From: an uncultured virus (IMG/VR IMGVR_UViG_3300048587_001148) | Taxonomy: Duplodnaviria > Heunggongvirae > Uroviricota > Caudoviricetes | Direction: 5' to 3' (one strand) | DNA length: 60,948 bases | IMG/VR virus record: IMGVR_UViG_3300048587_001148 | Shown here: positions 1-10,252 of the stretch, piece after piece | Layout: every line of letters begins with the position of its first letter | Position numbering within the stretch: position 1 is the stretch's first letter | Position numbers and translations under genes: made by a program | The notes under the pieces: model-generated | The model's input: only the letters and a program-made list of their open reading frames with translations | Database searches by the model: none | Told to the model about the DNA's origin: nothing

Positions 1-508
1 GCCCCCCGGGGGTCCCGGACCATGCCAAGGGCGAGCATGGTCCCCGCCTCTCGGTACCATTCCCATGCCCGGGTATCACCGCGCCGTGAGAGGTCCCTGC
101 TCGTCTCCATGGCCGCCTGCGCGCAGCGGCGACCCATCGCGGTTGTCTGTACCATATCGCGGCGGCAGGCACGGCGACGTATGGCCCCCGTGCATGTTCG
201 GGATCTGGCGCGCCCCCAAGGCGGCTGGGTAAGTACGCGCCGCGGAGTGGGGGGCGCGGGCACCTGAGGTGCACACACTGACACGGTCGCCGGTGGCTCC
301 GTGTGTGTTCCCGCGGCCATCCAGACGGCCGCCCGCGGTGCAAGAGCCCCCATGAGGAGTCGGCGATCGCGCTGTTCATCGTGTCGCCACATCGGATCTG
401 CGGGGATCGTCGCCCCGATGTGCAGGACTCCACCCGTGAACAGTCCTGCCCCGCCGATGAGTGCCCACGACAGCCACCGCCGTCGTCGAGGCGCACTCTT
501 GTCGGGAG

Positions 509-847
509 TCACGGCACCGGTGGGTGGTTTGCCCACTCTGGGGTTTCGTCGACTCCCTGGAAATCCACAGAGTCCCTCCGGTTCTTGCGCAGCGTTTCCG
601 TGGTGAGCATGATCTGGCCATCCGTCCCAACGAAATACAGGCGAGCCTGGCCCGGTGTGATCGTGGCGTCGATGTGGATGCTGGGATTGCCTCGCGCCTT
701 GGCGCGAAGAACTTTCGCCCATTTGAGCGCATCGTTGTCGTCGTCGGGGATACCGATCGCTTCCGGGAACTGGCCGGTGAGCTCGAACGTGCGGACGGCG
801 CGCTCGGCGCCAACGAAGGTCAGATTGAGACGCAGCTCAGTATACAT
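509..847 (-). CDS. hypothetical protein
   Basis: ATG at 847 preceded by GAGGAG; protein-like composition. Confidence 0.6.
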   Translation of the reverse strand: MYTELRLNLTFVGAERAVRTFELTGQFPEAIGIPDDDNDALKWAKVLRAKARGNPSIHIDATITPGQARLYFVGTDGQIMLTTETLRKNRRDSVDFQGVDETPEWANHPPVP

Positions 848-927
848 CACATCACTCCTCGGGCATGCTGGGAGCTCCATGATGGGGGAGCTGATCGGAC
901 CCCACCTACCCCGCCCTGGTGAGTGCT

Positions 928-1236
928 TCAGGTGAGGGATCGCCCTCTCGGGGTCGGGAGTTGTTTGAGTTGCTCGCGGGTCTCTCGTAGCATGCGCTGC
1001 AAGCCGTAAAGGAGGAAGACCGATCGATGACTCCGCTCGTCAGGCCGCCATTTTACCAGCCCGCCGTCCCCCGCGACCCAGAGTGTTCCCAGCGGTCCGA
1101 CGAAAATGGAGGGCTCGTGCTCCGGGAGGGGCAATCGCCAGGGGCCAGCGTCCAGGCTGCCAGAGTGCCTGACGAGCTCCGCATGCAGCCGGCCGACCTC
1201 GCGCGCGAGTCGGCCAATGCGGCCGGGGCGGCTCAT
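928..1236 (-). CDS. hypothetical protein
   Basis: ATG at 1236 (MSRPGRIG) after GAGGA; TATGGT box further upstream (1320-1325). Confidence 0.55.
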   Translation of the reverse strand: MSRPGRIGRLAREVGRLHAELVRHSGSLDAGPWRLPLPEHEPSIFVGPLGTLWVAGDGGLVKWRPDERSHRSVFLLYGLQRMLRETREQLKQLPTPRGRSLT

Positions 1237-1368
1237 GTAGTCCTCGCCCTGGCGTAGGGAAGAGCATGGCGGTGTTCGGGCATGGTCATGTTTCCTGGGA
1301 AGACGTGGCAGGTGAGGACACCATACCCCCATGTCGCAACTGGTTGCGCCCCGCTCCCCGGGAGTGAC

Positions 1369-2568
1369 CTATGGGGCCTCCGACGGGCTGACCAGCCCCG
1401 TCCACCATTGCGCATCAGCCGGTCGCCGGCCGTCGCCCCATCGCCAGGCCAGGTAGGTGGCAAGCGCCTTGGGTCCGACCTGGTCAGGAGGCACGTTGCC
1501 CGACCGGCGTGCCGCAGGCGCCATGCGCCGGATCCACGCCAGGCGCCACTCCGGGTGGCGCTGCCAGAGCTGGAGTGCAACCGCGGAGGCGGCCGCCGAT
1601 GGCCGAGCACCTTGTGGGCGTGGGCAACTCGCGATGAGTCCGGCGATGGCGCCCGGGAGTGTGACCCAGCACGTGGAATCCCGCAGGGCAATCGGGAGGA
1701 CGGGCGGTGGACGGAGGGTGTCCGGAAACCCAGCCTCTCTCGCCCACAGCGAGATGCGATCCCACGCATCATCGCGTCGCACCACCGCCCAGTCCAGGGC
1801 ACTGGGCGTGGCGAGTGTCACGCCCCGGGAGCCCGCCCATGGGATCTGGCGCATGGCAAAGCTTGCTTGATGCCAGAGCGTCCGGGCGGGACGCTCACGA
1901 TCCTGGCAGCCCCGTTCTATCCATTCACGGAGTGAGTGTGGATCGTTGGCAGACCAGGGACAGGTACGGTCGCCGGGGTGATGGGGCACGCTGGTGATCC
2001 ACGCATGTGCCATCCGCTCAGTCCAGCGCGGTAACGATCGCCATGCCGTCGTGAGTGCATCGAGGGATTGCGGGCGGGGGGCGGTATGGCGTGCCCCGCG
2101 TTCCCGTGTCGGCCACAGGGTCCGTTCCCACCGCCAGAGCTCTGCGGCAGATTCTGCCGGCGGCAGCACCCCACCCTGTAAGCTTTCGGCGAGGCTATCG
2201 CGAAGAGCTCGACCCCACTGCGCCCAGTGTTGTCGTGCCGCCAGGAGGTTGCCCTGCGCCCACGCGCGCTGCACATGTGCCCCGCTCCCGCCAGCATGTG
2301 CCCCCCACGGGAGATCGTGCATGACCCCCAGTAGGAGTGGTGGTGACCAGCTCAGGGCGCTCAGGCGTTCGCTGTACTCCTCTCCCCAGAAGGTGTCCAC
2401 AGGAAAAGGCAATCTCCTCCACCCCAACATGGCGACGATCAGGAGGAGTACGCTGGTGCGGAGCGGGTACAAGAGAACTGTCGCGTTCCATCGCGTGTTA
2501 GGTGCCAAAGCGCACCTCGCGCGCCGGACAGAGGATGGCCTCGCCAATCCTGATCGTCGCCCCGGCAA
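1369..2568 (-). CDS. Trp-rich hypothetical protein; start uncertain
   Basis: long ORF co-directional with neighbours; hydrophobic segment near N-terminus. Confidence 0.5.
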   Translation of the reverse strand: MPGRRSGLARPSSVRRARCALAPNTRWNATVLLYPLRTSVLLLIVAMLGWRRLPFPVDTFWGEEYSERLSALSWSPPLLLGVMHDLPWGAHAGGSGAHVQRAWAQGNLLAARQHWAQWGRALRDSLAESLQGGVLPPAESAAELWRWERTLWPTRERGARHTAPRPQSLDALTTAWRSLPRWTERMAHAWITSVPHHPGDRTCPWSANDPHSLREWIERGCQDRERPARTLWHQASFAMRQIPWAGSRGVTLATPSALDWAVVRRDDAWDRISLWAREAGFPDTLRPPPVLPIALRDSTCWVTLPGAIAGLIASCPRPQGARPSAAASAVALQLWQRHPEWRLAWIRRMAPAARRSGNVPPDQVGPKALATYLAWRWGDGRRPADAQWWTGLVSPSEAP

Positions 2569-3958
2569 AACACGCTCGCAGTAGCGGCACGAGAGGAGCA
2601 GCAGCGGCTCGCAGCCGTCGAGGCGAGACCGTCGTCAGGAGATCATCATCCTCACTGAGGGAATATCCCTGCGCCAGAAGGATGGCGGTCGCGAGAATAT
2701 CCGCCTGTACCTCCATCGGGCCGCGCCAGTCAGCTGGCCACGCCGAGGGCCATGCGCGTCGCTCATGTCGCCACCAGTGCGCTAAGGCGGCGGGCGCCCG
2801 ATACTGCCATGCATGCGCCACCTCGTGCGCCAACAGGAAGATGGTCGCCACACGAGTCGAGTCGGTCTTGGCAGTCGGTGAGACGCATTCCGGATTGATG
2901 CCGATCGCATCCCGCGTCGGCCAGTACACGCCACAGTTGCGTTCCCCGAGTGTGCGCATTACCGGAAGATCAAAGAGCTCCATGGCGACGTCTCGACCAA
3001 GCAGGTGACCTGGCCCCGTGGCGTAGAAGGTCTCGACTGTCCCACGGAGTCGCCGCTCCGCCCTGGCGAAGGCCTGTGGCGAGAGCGGCGTCATCGCTTG
3101 CCAGAGATACCCTCGCCATCCTTGTGCGGCGTCCGGGACACACCACGCCGCCTCGTCGTCCGCGCGCACCGCGCAGTCGGTTGTGCGATCGGGACCCCAG
3201 AGATAGTCCCATACGTACGTAGCATGCATCCGCCATCCTGCTGGGAGCAGGGCGCTTCCCCAGAGTGGGGTGAGTCGAGCCGGGTCCCCTGTCTGCCCAT
3301 ACGTGCGTAGTGCAGCAAGGAGTGTGTCGCCTGTGGCGGGAGCGGGCGCAGCGGCGAGCCATGTCGCCCGTGCGCTATCGATGCCCGCATGGCCTCGGGG
3401 GATGCGGCGTACGGTATTGAGGCGCAGGCGGAACGCCTCGTTGATCGCCGGCCACTCGACCGGGTTACGTGTTTCCGCGTAGGCTCCCGCCCACAGGCGA
3501 AGCCCACGATGATACCAGCGCGCCGCCTCATGTGATGCCCCGCGCTGTAGTGCGACATCGCCGGCCATCAGGTATCGGTCCGCCTGGAGGAGCCGCCATG
3601 CACTGGGCAGGGAGTCCACCCCTGGCCAGGCAACCGCGTCCCAGGAGCGACATTCCCGACCGCGGTTGATTGCTGGTGCGCCCGGCCAGGTTGTCGTCAG
3701 GTTGCGTTGGTCGCCGCAAGTGACTCGTCGCGATGAAAAGGCACGTCCAGGGGGCGGCACCATTTGTAGCGCCGCTGCCCATCGTGCCAGGTGTACGTCC
3801 GGCGTGACGACCTCAATCCGCTCAGCGCGAAGTCGTGTGGCGCGTGCGCCCGCGAAGGCCACCCAGAGCAGGAGGAGGCCCACGATCGTGCCGCCAATCA
3901 CTCGGCGTTGGGCCCAGCTGGCGTGGGAAGCATCGAAGCGTGGGGGAAGCCAGAACAT
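2498..3958 (-). CDS. membrane-anchored putative zinc metallopeptidase (HExxH)
   Basis: N-terminal TM (IVGLLLLWVAFAG); LAHEVAHAWQ plus downstream MEVQAD. Confidence 0.6.
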   Translation of the reverse strand: MFWLPPRFDASHASWAQRRVIGGTIVGLLLLWVAFAGARATRLRAERIEVVTPDVHLARWAAALQMVPPPGRAFSSRRVTCGDQRNLTTTWPGAPAINRGRECRSWDAVAWPGVDSLPSAWRLLQADRYLMAGDVALQRGASHEAARWYHRGLRLWAGAYAETRNPVEWPAINEAFRLRLNTVRRIPRGHAGIDSARATWLAAAPAPATGDTLLAALRTYGQTGDPARLTPLWGSALLPAGWRMHATYVWDYLWGPDRTTDCAVRADDEAAWCVPDAAQGWRGYLWQAMTPLSPQAFARAERRLRGTVETFYATGPGHLLGRDVAMELFDLPVMRTLGERNCGVYWPTRDAIGINPECVSPTAKTDSTRVATIFLLAHEVAHAWQYRAPAALAHWWRHERRAWPSAWPADWRGPMEVQADILATAILLAQGYSLSEDDDLLTTVSPRRLRAAAAPLVPLLRACFAGATIRIGEAILCPAREVRFGT

Positions 3959-4074
3959 CTTGGGGAGAGGCGCAGTCTCACCCCCCCGCCGTCAACCTGC
4001 TGACGTGAGTGCTGCAGGTCGTGTATGGTACGGACGGGTAGTCTCACTCTCCCCTTTTCGATCCGGAGTCCCTG

Positions 4075-4464
4075 GTGTCTTCTGTCACAGAGCTTGCCCC
4101 ACCCGTCAAGGGTTCGCGTCAGTACGAGATCCCGATCGGCACCTACTCCTGGTTGATCCAGGTGCCCGCCGATCGCCCGGTCCACCGACTCGACCGGATC
4201 GTTTCCCCGGAGCTCGATGTGTGCGTCGATCGCGCACTGCAGGAAATCGAGCAGGGGCACCTGGACATCGCCAGCACCCCGCCGTCCCTCGCGGAGCTGG
4301 CGGTCGCCCCCGATGATGTGGTGCGCTACACGGCACGCCTCGCCATGGCCCTGATGCTTGCTCCCCCGACGCGCGAGGGTTGGCCGAGTGAGGTCCTGGC
4401 GGAGATCTTGTCGCATGCGGCCAATCGCGGACTCCTGCCCAGGCCTGCGGGACGGCGGCGGTAA
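4075..4464 (+). CDS. hypothetical protein
   Basis: GTG start after GGAG; TATGGT at 4024-4029. Confidence 0.55.
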   Translation: MSSVTELAPPVKGSRQYEIPIGTYSWLIQVPADRPVHRLDRIVSPELDVCVDRALQEIEQGHLDIASTPPSLAELAVAPDDVVRYTARLAMALMLAPPTREGWPSEVLAEILSHAANRGLLPRPAGRRR

Positions 4465-4614
4465 ACGCACGGCGATATTGTCGAGGTCTTCTGCAACACA
4501 CCGTCGGGGTCGCTTGCTTGCGCGAGGACCCCGACGGTCTTTGAGTCCGCCCGTGCGGTGCGGTCAGAGCACTGTGACGGGCAAGGCCACGGCCTCCCTT
4601 GAGACTGTGGTCCA

Positions 4615-5034
4615 TCAGGCGCTGATAATGATCCCCAGTGTAACGCTGAGTGCAGCGAACACCGCTACTGCCACCCACAACACTCCCGCCACCACCCCCT
4701 CCCAGAACGTCGCACGATCAGCTGTCATTCGGGCCATGTGGTGTGCGCGTCGTGCCACCCACCATGCAATGCCAGTGCACGCCCCTGCGATCGCAAGCGC
4801 CACGCTCAGGTGGCCCCGCGCGACCACGTACAGCTGGCCCGCTGCTGTGAGAAGGAACGCGAGGGTTCCCCCAATCATCCGCGCCGTCCATCCACCCGTC
4901 GCTGGCACAAGCTGGGTGCATGTGTAGCCCCAGAGGGTGGCCGCGAGGGTGATCGTGGCCACACGCCCCGCGCGAAAGCGGGCGGCAAGCCGGGGATTGG
5001 TGGGTTGGGTGGATTGGCGCTGCTCAGGGGGCAC
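4615..5034 (-). CDS. multi-pass membrane protein
   Basis: about 4 hydrophobic segments; GTG at 5034 after GGAG chosen as start. Confidence 0.55.
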   Translation of the reverse strand: MPPEQRQSTQPTNPRLAARFRAGRVATITLAATLWGYTCTQLVPATGGWTARMIGGTLAFLLTAAGQLYVVARGHLSVALAIAGACTGIAWWVARRAHHMARMTADRATFWEGVVAGVLWVAVAVFAALSVTLGIIISA

Positions 5035-5168
5035 GTCGCGCTCCAGGGACTCGGTGGCGTCAGACGACGCACTGGATTGATAGGAAGGCGGCACAGCAGA
5101 CCTTCGACCAACGTGGACCCGAGCGTCGCCGGTGGGAGCCACCCCCGCCGCTCCCCCTAAATGCCCGG

Positions 5169-5816
5169 ATGCGCTTCTCCTGGATGACCGTGGTGCTGTT
5201 GGGTAGTGTGTTGCTGGGGGGAGATCGCGTTGCTGCCCAGCGCGCTCCCCGGACGACTCTTCCCACACCACCGATCGGGAACGTGGCCCGTCCCTTTTTC
5301 GGCTTCCTGCCGGACACCACGACGTGGACGCACCTCGCCCTCCTTGGGGCCAGGTGGGAGTCTGGCGACCCGGTCCCCTTGGAGGCGATCCCCGACGCGC
5401 GCATGCGTGGGTTGGTGCGATATACGGCACGGTTTCAGTACGACCGCACCCTCTGCGAAGTGACCGCCTTTACCCCGGTCGAGTATGTCGGCTGGCGTCA
5501 GCAGGCGACTTGGCGTCGCTATCACGCCACGGCTGCCTTGATACGTCGATCGTGGGGGGCATCTGCCCCGGCGAATCCCTTCGCGTGGCAGGTGCATCCC
5601 GATGCGCCAGGGGTGGAGCGTCCCGAAGGGCCAGACGCCGCTCTCGCGTGGGGTGTCCCGGCATCAGGGGAGCACCCGGCGAGTCGCCTGATCCTGCAAC
5701 ACTATGCCACCCCAGGCGGGGGGTCGTATGTGGCGATTACCTATCGTCGGGCGGTGCCTTGTGTGTTGACCGCCGACCCCCCGCCCCCGGTGGCGCGACG
5801 GTTCGGCGTCGACTAA
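5169..5816 (+). CDS. secreted hypothetical protein
   Basis: signal-peptide-like N-terminus MRFSWMTVVLLGSVLLGGDRVAA. Confidence 0.6.
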   Translation: MRFSWMTVVLLGSVLLGGDRVAAQRAPRTTLPTPPIGNVARPFFGFLPDTTTWTHLALLGARWESGDPVPLEAIPDARMRGLVRYTARFQYDRTLCEVTAFTPVEYVGWRQQATWRRYHATAALIRRSWGASAPANPFAWQVHPDAPGVERPEGPDAALAWGVPASGEHPASRLILQHYATPGGGSYVAITYRRAVPCVLTADPPPPVARRFGVD

Positions 5817-6423
5817 ACCGCCGCTGGCTCGGAGTCCCCTCGAGTGCGAAGAGCGCACTGAGACAGAGCACGAGTGTCGCGGTCCCACCGATCACGATGG
5901 CCCCGCTGAGGAGTGCTCCGAGGATCGATTCGTCGGCCTCCGCGGCGATCGTGTTCCGCGCGCCATACCAGGTCGCCGAAGACCACCCGGAGCTGCGCAT
6001 CTCCCGCACGAGCGGGCGCGCGACCCGGAAGGCATCCCACCATCCTCCGAAGGCAACCTTCATCCCCGTGCGAATGACAGGAAGCCATCCCTCTTCGGCA
6101 TCGGGCAGGACCGCGGGCAGAGCTGTTCGCCACGGCAGCTGGGACCGGTAGCGCCACGGGTGAATCGTGACCCCCTGTCCTGTGGCGAGTCCCTCTCCGA
6201 CGCTCAGAATGGTCGGTGGTAGGGCGGTCCTGATCCCCACCAGGGCGCCCCAGACACAGGAGAGTGCAACCAGCAGTTGCGTGGCCACCCGCCGCGGCAT
6301 GCGCGGGTGGTCGATCGGGATGAGGTGCGTGGCCAGCGGCATGAGGACGGCGCCGAGGAGGCCGATACCGGCGGCCGTGAGCCCCCACCACCACAGCCAT
6401 GTGGCCACCGCGCTGCCGATCAC
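5737..6423 (-). CDS. membrane protein
   Basis: three hydrophobic segments; 3' end overlaps the convergent gene. Confidence 0.5.
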   Translation of the reverse strand: MIGSAVATWLWWWGLTAAGIGLLGAVLMPLATHLIPIDHPRMPRRVATQLLVALSCVWGALVGIRTALPPTILSVGEGLATGQGVTIHPWRYRSQLPWRTALPAVLPDAEEGWLPVIRTGMKVAFGGWWDAFRVARPLVREMRSSGWSSATWYGARNTIAAEADESILGALLSGAIVIGGTATLVLCLSALFALEGTPSQRRFSRRRTVAPPGAGGRRSTHKAPPDDR

Positions 6424-6441
6424 CTGAGGCTCGCCTCTCGC

Positions 6442-6783
6442 TTACCTGGACGCCAGGGAGTGGGCGGGCCTGGGATCGTCCGGAAAGGTGATCGGGAGGA
6501 AGACGCGGTAGGCGATCTGGGCGGGCGTTGCTGGGATCGACCGATTGTGCTCCCGTCGGGCGGCCAGCGCACGGGTGCGTCGCACCCCGAGCTCACAGAT
6601 GGCGGCTTCCAGATTAGGGTCCGCCACACCGGCTTCTGGGAGATCCGGGTGGGTGACCAGCCAGAAGCGGACTGCCCCGCGAGGGGTCATGCGCCACTCG
6701 CTGGTGATGGTGGCGGGTAGGGGGTGACTCTGGCTCGCCTCCCGCTCGCGAGTGATGGTACCGGCGGCGCTCTGTGTGCTCAC
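6442..6783 (-). CDS. hypothetical protein
   Basis: start overlaps stop of upstream gene (GTGA coupling). Confidence 0.55.
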   Translation of the reverse strand: MSTQSAAGTITREREASQSHPLPATITSEWRMTPRGAVRFWLVTHPDLPEAGVADPNLEAAICELGVRRTRALAARREHNRSIPATPAQIAYRVFLPITFPDDPRPAHSLASR

Positions 6784-7211
6784 GGGAGCAGTCCCAGCTC
6801 GAGGAGGAGTGAGCGTCGGTAGCCCGAGATGCCATGATGGAAGCGGAGGAGGACTTCCCGCGGATTACTTCCGGCCACGTCGTACTCCGGCCAGCGGCAG
6901 CTCCCCAGGACAATCCCCTCATTCCACTGGCGGATCTCCGCCCCACCGGCGAGCTCAAAGCCGGGGCGTTCCCGCTCGAGCTCGCGCAAGGCCGCGGTCA
7001 TGAGGAGGAATTGGTCGAGGGACGCCACCCCCTGCAGGAGCGAGGCGACCGCTGATAGTGAGGCGGCCGGTCGCTCGGGCTGATGATATGACTGGAGGCC
7101 GGCCTGGCCCGGGGCGCCCCGGAAGGGCTCCCGATGCAGGAGGTCGTGAACGGGCGTGCGGGTGCTGGCTGTGGTTGGCATGGTCTCTGGGGAGGCAGTC
7201 GGTAGCGGCAT
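6780..7211 (-). CDS. hypothetical protein
   Basis: ATG at 7211 lies 5 nt after TATGGT (leaderless pattern). Confidence 0.55.
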   Translation of the reverse strand: MPLPTASPETMPTTASTRTPVHDLLHREPFRGAPGQAGLQSYHQPERPAASLSAVASLLQGVASLDQFLLMTAALRELERERPGFELAGGAEIRQWNEGIVLGSCRWPEYDVAGSNPREVLLRFHHGISGYRRSLLLELGLLP

Positions 7212-7216
7212 GCCCC

Positions 7217-7222
7217 ACCATA
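7217..7222 (-). promoter_or_regulatory. -10 box TATGGT, leaderless start
   Basis: TATGGT-N5-ATG. Confidence 0.55.
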
Positions 7223-7277
7223 GGGCAGACAGGGGGCCCTCGCGAAGGGGACGAACGAGTGACGGGCGACTGGGGAG

Positions 7278-7321
7278 CTGTTGCTGGGCCGTTGCTGGGC
7301 TGCTGATGGTCTGCTGATGGC
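7278..7321. repeat. 4 x 11-bp imperfect tandem repeat
   Basis: CTGTTGCTGGG CCGTTGCTGGG CTGCTGATGGT CTGCTGATGGC in a divergent intergenic region. Confidence 0.7.
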
Positions 7322-7394
7322 CTGCCGAGCGCCTCCCGTAAACTCGCGCGACTGGATCTCGAGTGGCTCCTGTGCCTCTGGGGGTCCTCCGTGT

Positions 7395-7437
7395 TGCTGG
7401 CCCCCATTGCTGGTCCCCGTGCTGGTCCCCGTGCTGT
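7395..7437. repeat. about 3.5 x 12-13-bp tandem repeat
   Basis: TGCTGGTCCCCG-type units. Confidence 0.6.
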
Positions 7438-7643
7438 GCCGTCGTGTCTGCGCTCCCGCATGGGCTGTTCCCCCGCAGTTGGCGGGGTCGACCACCCCTC
7501 GCCATCTACTCCTGCGGAGTGTCGTGTCGGATATGGCCACTGGGGGCTTTCTCGCGGTCACTCCTCTCCACTGCTCCCTGCGCGCGCGCCTGGAGACACC
7601 ACTTGATGCACGCGTCCTCGGGCGCCATGACAAGGATCACCCA

Positions 7644-8372
7644 ATGAACATCGACCCGAAAGCCGAGATCTGTGGCCTCCCCTCCATGGTCGCACGCGCC
7701 CTGGCTCGCGAGGCGTGTGTAGGCGTCCTCACCGTCTCCCGTGCCACCGAGCTGGCGAACCTGGGGGATGCCGACATGGAGGGGGCGATCGCTGCGATGG
7801 TGGAAGCTGGGTACCTTGAGCTCGCCCCCGCCTCACAGTTCAGCCATGTTGATGCGTGGCTTCCAACTGAGCCCGGGCGAGAGCTCGCCCGGGCCTCGGC
7901 CGCCCGCCCTATCAGTCGCGCCAGCGCCCAGCGTGCCGTCACCGACCTCCTGGCTCGTGCCAGCGGCATCAACGCCGATGGAAACTTCCCCGCGTACGTC
8001 ACTCGCCTGGAGATCTTCGGGGGCTTTCTCGGTGACGCCGAGACGCTGTCCGAGGTGGAGGTCACGTACGAAACGGCGCTCCGCCCGGACATCGAAGCCC
8101 TCGGGGCGGACGCGGCGGAGGCGGTCACGCATGCACACATATCCGCCTCTGGTCGCCGCTTCGGCAATCTCACCGAGTACCTCACCTGGCCTCATGAGGA
8201 GGTGCGACTTGCCCTGAAGGCGGGAAAGCGCTCCATCGTCCTCGTGCCACCCCGCGCGATCCGCCACCTCGGGTGGCCAACCCGTACCGTCTTTGAGGCG
8301 GATCCTGCCACAATCGCCCCATACACCGGCCCGGGTCTGGCTGCCCTGCCGGCGCCGGCGCAGGTGATCTAG
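7644..8372 (+). CDS. Pol-beta-superfamily nucleotidyltransferase-like protein with degenerate motif
   Basis: VTRLEIFGGFL...LSEVEV matches the hFGSxL...GDxD pattern with substitutions; AAGGA before ATG. Confidence 0.5.
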   Translation: MNIDPKAEICGLPSMVARALAREACVGVLTVSRATELANLGDADMEGAIAAMVEAGYLELAPASQFSHVDAWLPTEPGRELARASAARPISRASAQRAVTDLLARASGINADGNFPAYVTRLEIFGGFLGDAETLSEVEVTYETALRPDIEALGADAAEAVTHAHISASGRRFGNLTEYLTWPHEEVRLALKAGKRSIVLVPPRAIRHLGWPTRTVFEADPATIAPYTGPGLAALPAPAQVI

Positions 8373-8396
8373 GCATTTTCACGAGAGGATTGTGGT

Positions 8397-9233
8397 ATGC
8401 GTCTGCACTTCATGAGTGATGTGCATCTGGAACTTGCACGCTGGGGCTATGAACCCACCGAGGGCGACCCGCCGGTGGCCGACCTCGTGGTGCTGGCGGG
8501 GGATACGCACACCAAACACCGGGGTCCCGCCTGGGCCGCCGGCCGCTGGCCCGACACCCCCGTGGTCATGATCGCGGGGAACCATGAGTTCTATGGCGGA
8601 TCATGGACCCACGAGGTGGCGCACATGCGCCGTCGCGCGCTCGGCACATCGGTGCACGTCCTGGAACAGGAGAGCATCGACTTTCCTGCCCTGGGGCTGC
8701 GCGTCGCCGGGGCGACGCTCTGGACCAACTACGCCTACCTCGGGGATCCCGAGTGGTCGATGCGTGTGGCCGCCGCCGGCATGAATGACCACCGCGTGAT
8801 CCGGTACGGCAAGTCGGCCTTGCAGCCAATGCACACTCTGCGGCGGCATGAGCGCACGGTGCGCTGGTTGGCCGAAGAGGGAGAGCGTGCCCGCCGCGAC
8901 GGTGTCCCGTTGCTCGTCGTCACCCACCATCCGCCGGTACCGGAAGGCCTCGGGCCACGGCAAACGGAAGACCGGTACGCGAGGCGCCTGAGGGCCTCCT
9001 ACGTATCCGACCTGGCCCAGCTCATCGCGGAGGTCGGAGCCGTCAGTTGGATCTTCGGTCACACGCATGTGCGCAGGGACTTCATGGTCTCCGGGACACG
9101 CATGCTGAGCAATGGTCGCGGGTATCCCAACTACGATGGACCCACTCCCGGGTTTGACCCCCTCCTGGTGGTCGACCCACTGCGTCCGACTCCTGTGGGC
9201 AAAGCCATCACTGGGACAGAGACGTCTTCCTGA
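8397..9233 (+). CDS. calcineurin-like metallophosphoesterase
   Basis: SDVHLE, LAGD, GNHE, THH, GHTH motifs. Confidence 0.92.
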   Translation: MRLHFMSDVHLELARWGYEPTEGDPPVADLVVLAGDTHTKHRGPAWAAGRWPDTPVVMIAGNHEFYGGSWTHEVAHMRRRALGTSVHVLEQESIDFPALGLRVAGATLWTNYAYLGDPEWSMRVAAAGMNDHRVIRYGKSALQPMHTLRRHERTVRWLAEEGERARRDGVPLLVVTHHPPVPEGLGPRQTEDRYARRLRASYVSDLAQLIAEVGAVSWIFGHTHVRRDFMVSGTRMLSNGRGYPNYDGPTPGFDPLLVVDPLRPTPVGKAITGTETSS

Positions 9234-9318
9234 AAGTGTCGCCACGCCGCTGCCCTGCTCGCGGTGGTTGGCGGCGACAGTTCGGGTGTCCAGTAGGGGA
9301 GGCGGAGGATGGTTCGGG

Positions 9319-9324
9319 TATGGT
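9319..9324 (+). promoter_or_regulatory. -10 box TATGGT, leaderless start
   Basis: TATGGT-N6-ATG(9331). Confidence 0.6.
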
Positions 9325-9330
9325 GGGGCC

Positions 9331-10203
9331 ATGCCGAGCACTCAGTTGGATGTCTCGCCCTTCCCTGATGATGACACCCTTGGTCTCCCCCCATGGTGCC
9401 CGCGCGCGCCAGACATAATCCCGTTTGAGATCCGCGACCTCCTGGCCGACGCCGTGCATTTCGCCCCAACGCTTACGGCGGCTGGGCGTCGCCACATGCT
9501 CGCCTACGGGGGAGCGCAGGTTATCCTCGGGCGTGAACTTCGGGTCGCTGCCAGGGCGCCTCATCGGACGCGTGGCGCAACCGCGCTCGGTACGCGTTCG
9601 CATCTCACACATCTGATCCGAAAAACCAGACGCCGCCTGCAGATGGTGGTCTCGCACGAGGAGCTGTATGAGGCGATAGCGCGGGATGGTGACGTCCGTG
9701 CCAACAGTGTGATGTGCGAGTTCCTCGCGCAGCCGGGTATTGCCACGGCAATGCAGGCTCTCTGTAGTGCCCTGGTTCGCGCAGCCTTCGTCTGGCGGCT
9801 GGAATGGACTCAGCAGCCACCAAGGGATTGGTGGTGGCCAATGCTTGAGATGGTCACGGCCCAGTCCGAGGATTGGCCAATGGAGGTCTATCACCTCCCG
9901 GCCGCCTTCCTGCCTCCCCACGAGATTCTCCGCTTGGCGCCCATTCTTCTCCCGACCAGCGAATGGGCGGCAGCACGTCTCTCCCTCTGTGAGGGCGCCA
10001 GCCCAGAAGTGCTGGCCGAACTCTGTCGGCTCGCCCCCCCGCAGCGTGCCGGGCCGCTCCTGACCGTCCTACGGCACCGGCGCGATCTATCCACCATTGC
10101 TCCCGCCCTGATGCCCGCCCTGCTCGGGCACGCGAACCCCGAGATGGCTCGCTTCGGCCTGGAGCTCGCGACGGGTATGACGCAGGCCTCACGACCACGC
10201 TGA
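9331..10203 (+). CDS. unknown paralogue family, member 1 (FPDDD / LGHxxP)
   Basis: SPFPDDDTLGLPPWCPRAP, PTLTAAGRR, WWWP, LPAAFLP, LLGHANPEMARFGL shared with next three genes. Confidence 0.85.
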   Translation: MPSTQLDVSPFPDDDTLGLPPWCPRAPDIIPFEIRDLLADAVHFAPTLTAAGRRHMLAYGGAQVILGRELRVAARAPHRTRGATALGTRSHLTHLIRKTRRRLQMVVSHEELYEAIARDGDVRANSVMCEFLAQPGIATAMQALCSALVRAAFVWRLEWTQQPPRDWWWPMLEMVTAQSEDWPMEVYHLPAAFLPPHEILRLAPILLPTSEWAAARLSLCEGASPEVLAELCRLAPPQRAGPLLTVLRHRRDLSTIAPALMPALLGHANPEMARFGLELATGMTQASRPR

Positions 10204-10241
10204 AGTCGCGTATTTCAGCGGGCGAGCGGCAGAGGATCGGG

Positions 10242-10247
10242 TATGGT
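10242..10247 (+). promoter_or_regulatory. -10 box TATGGT, leaderless start
   Basis: TATGGT-N5-ATG(10253). Confidence 0.6.
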
Positions 10248-10252
10248 TGTCC

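Noticed and set aside
1..110. Minus-strand ORF start (METSRDLS...) running off the window, TATGGT at 151-156
   Set aside because: Only 36 codons visible; cannot be supported
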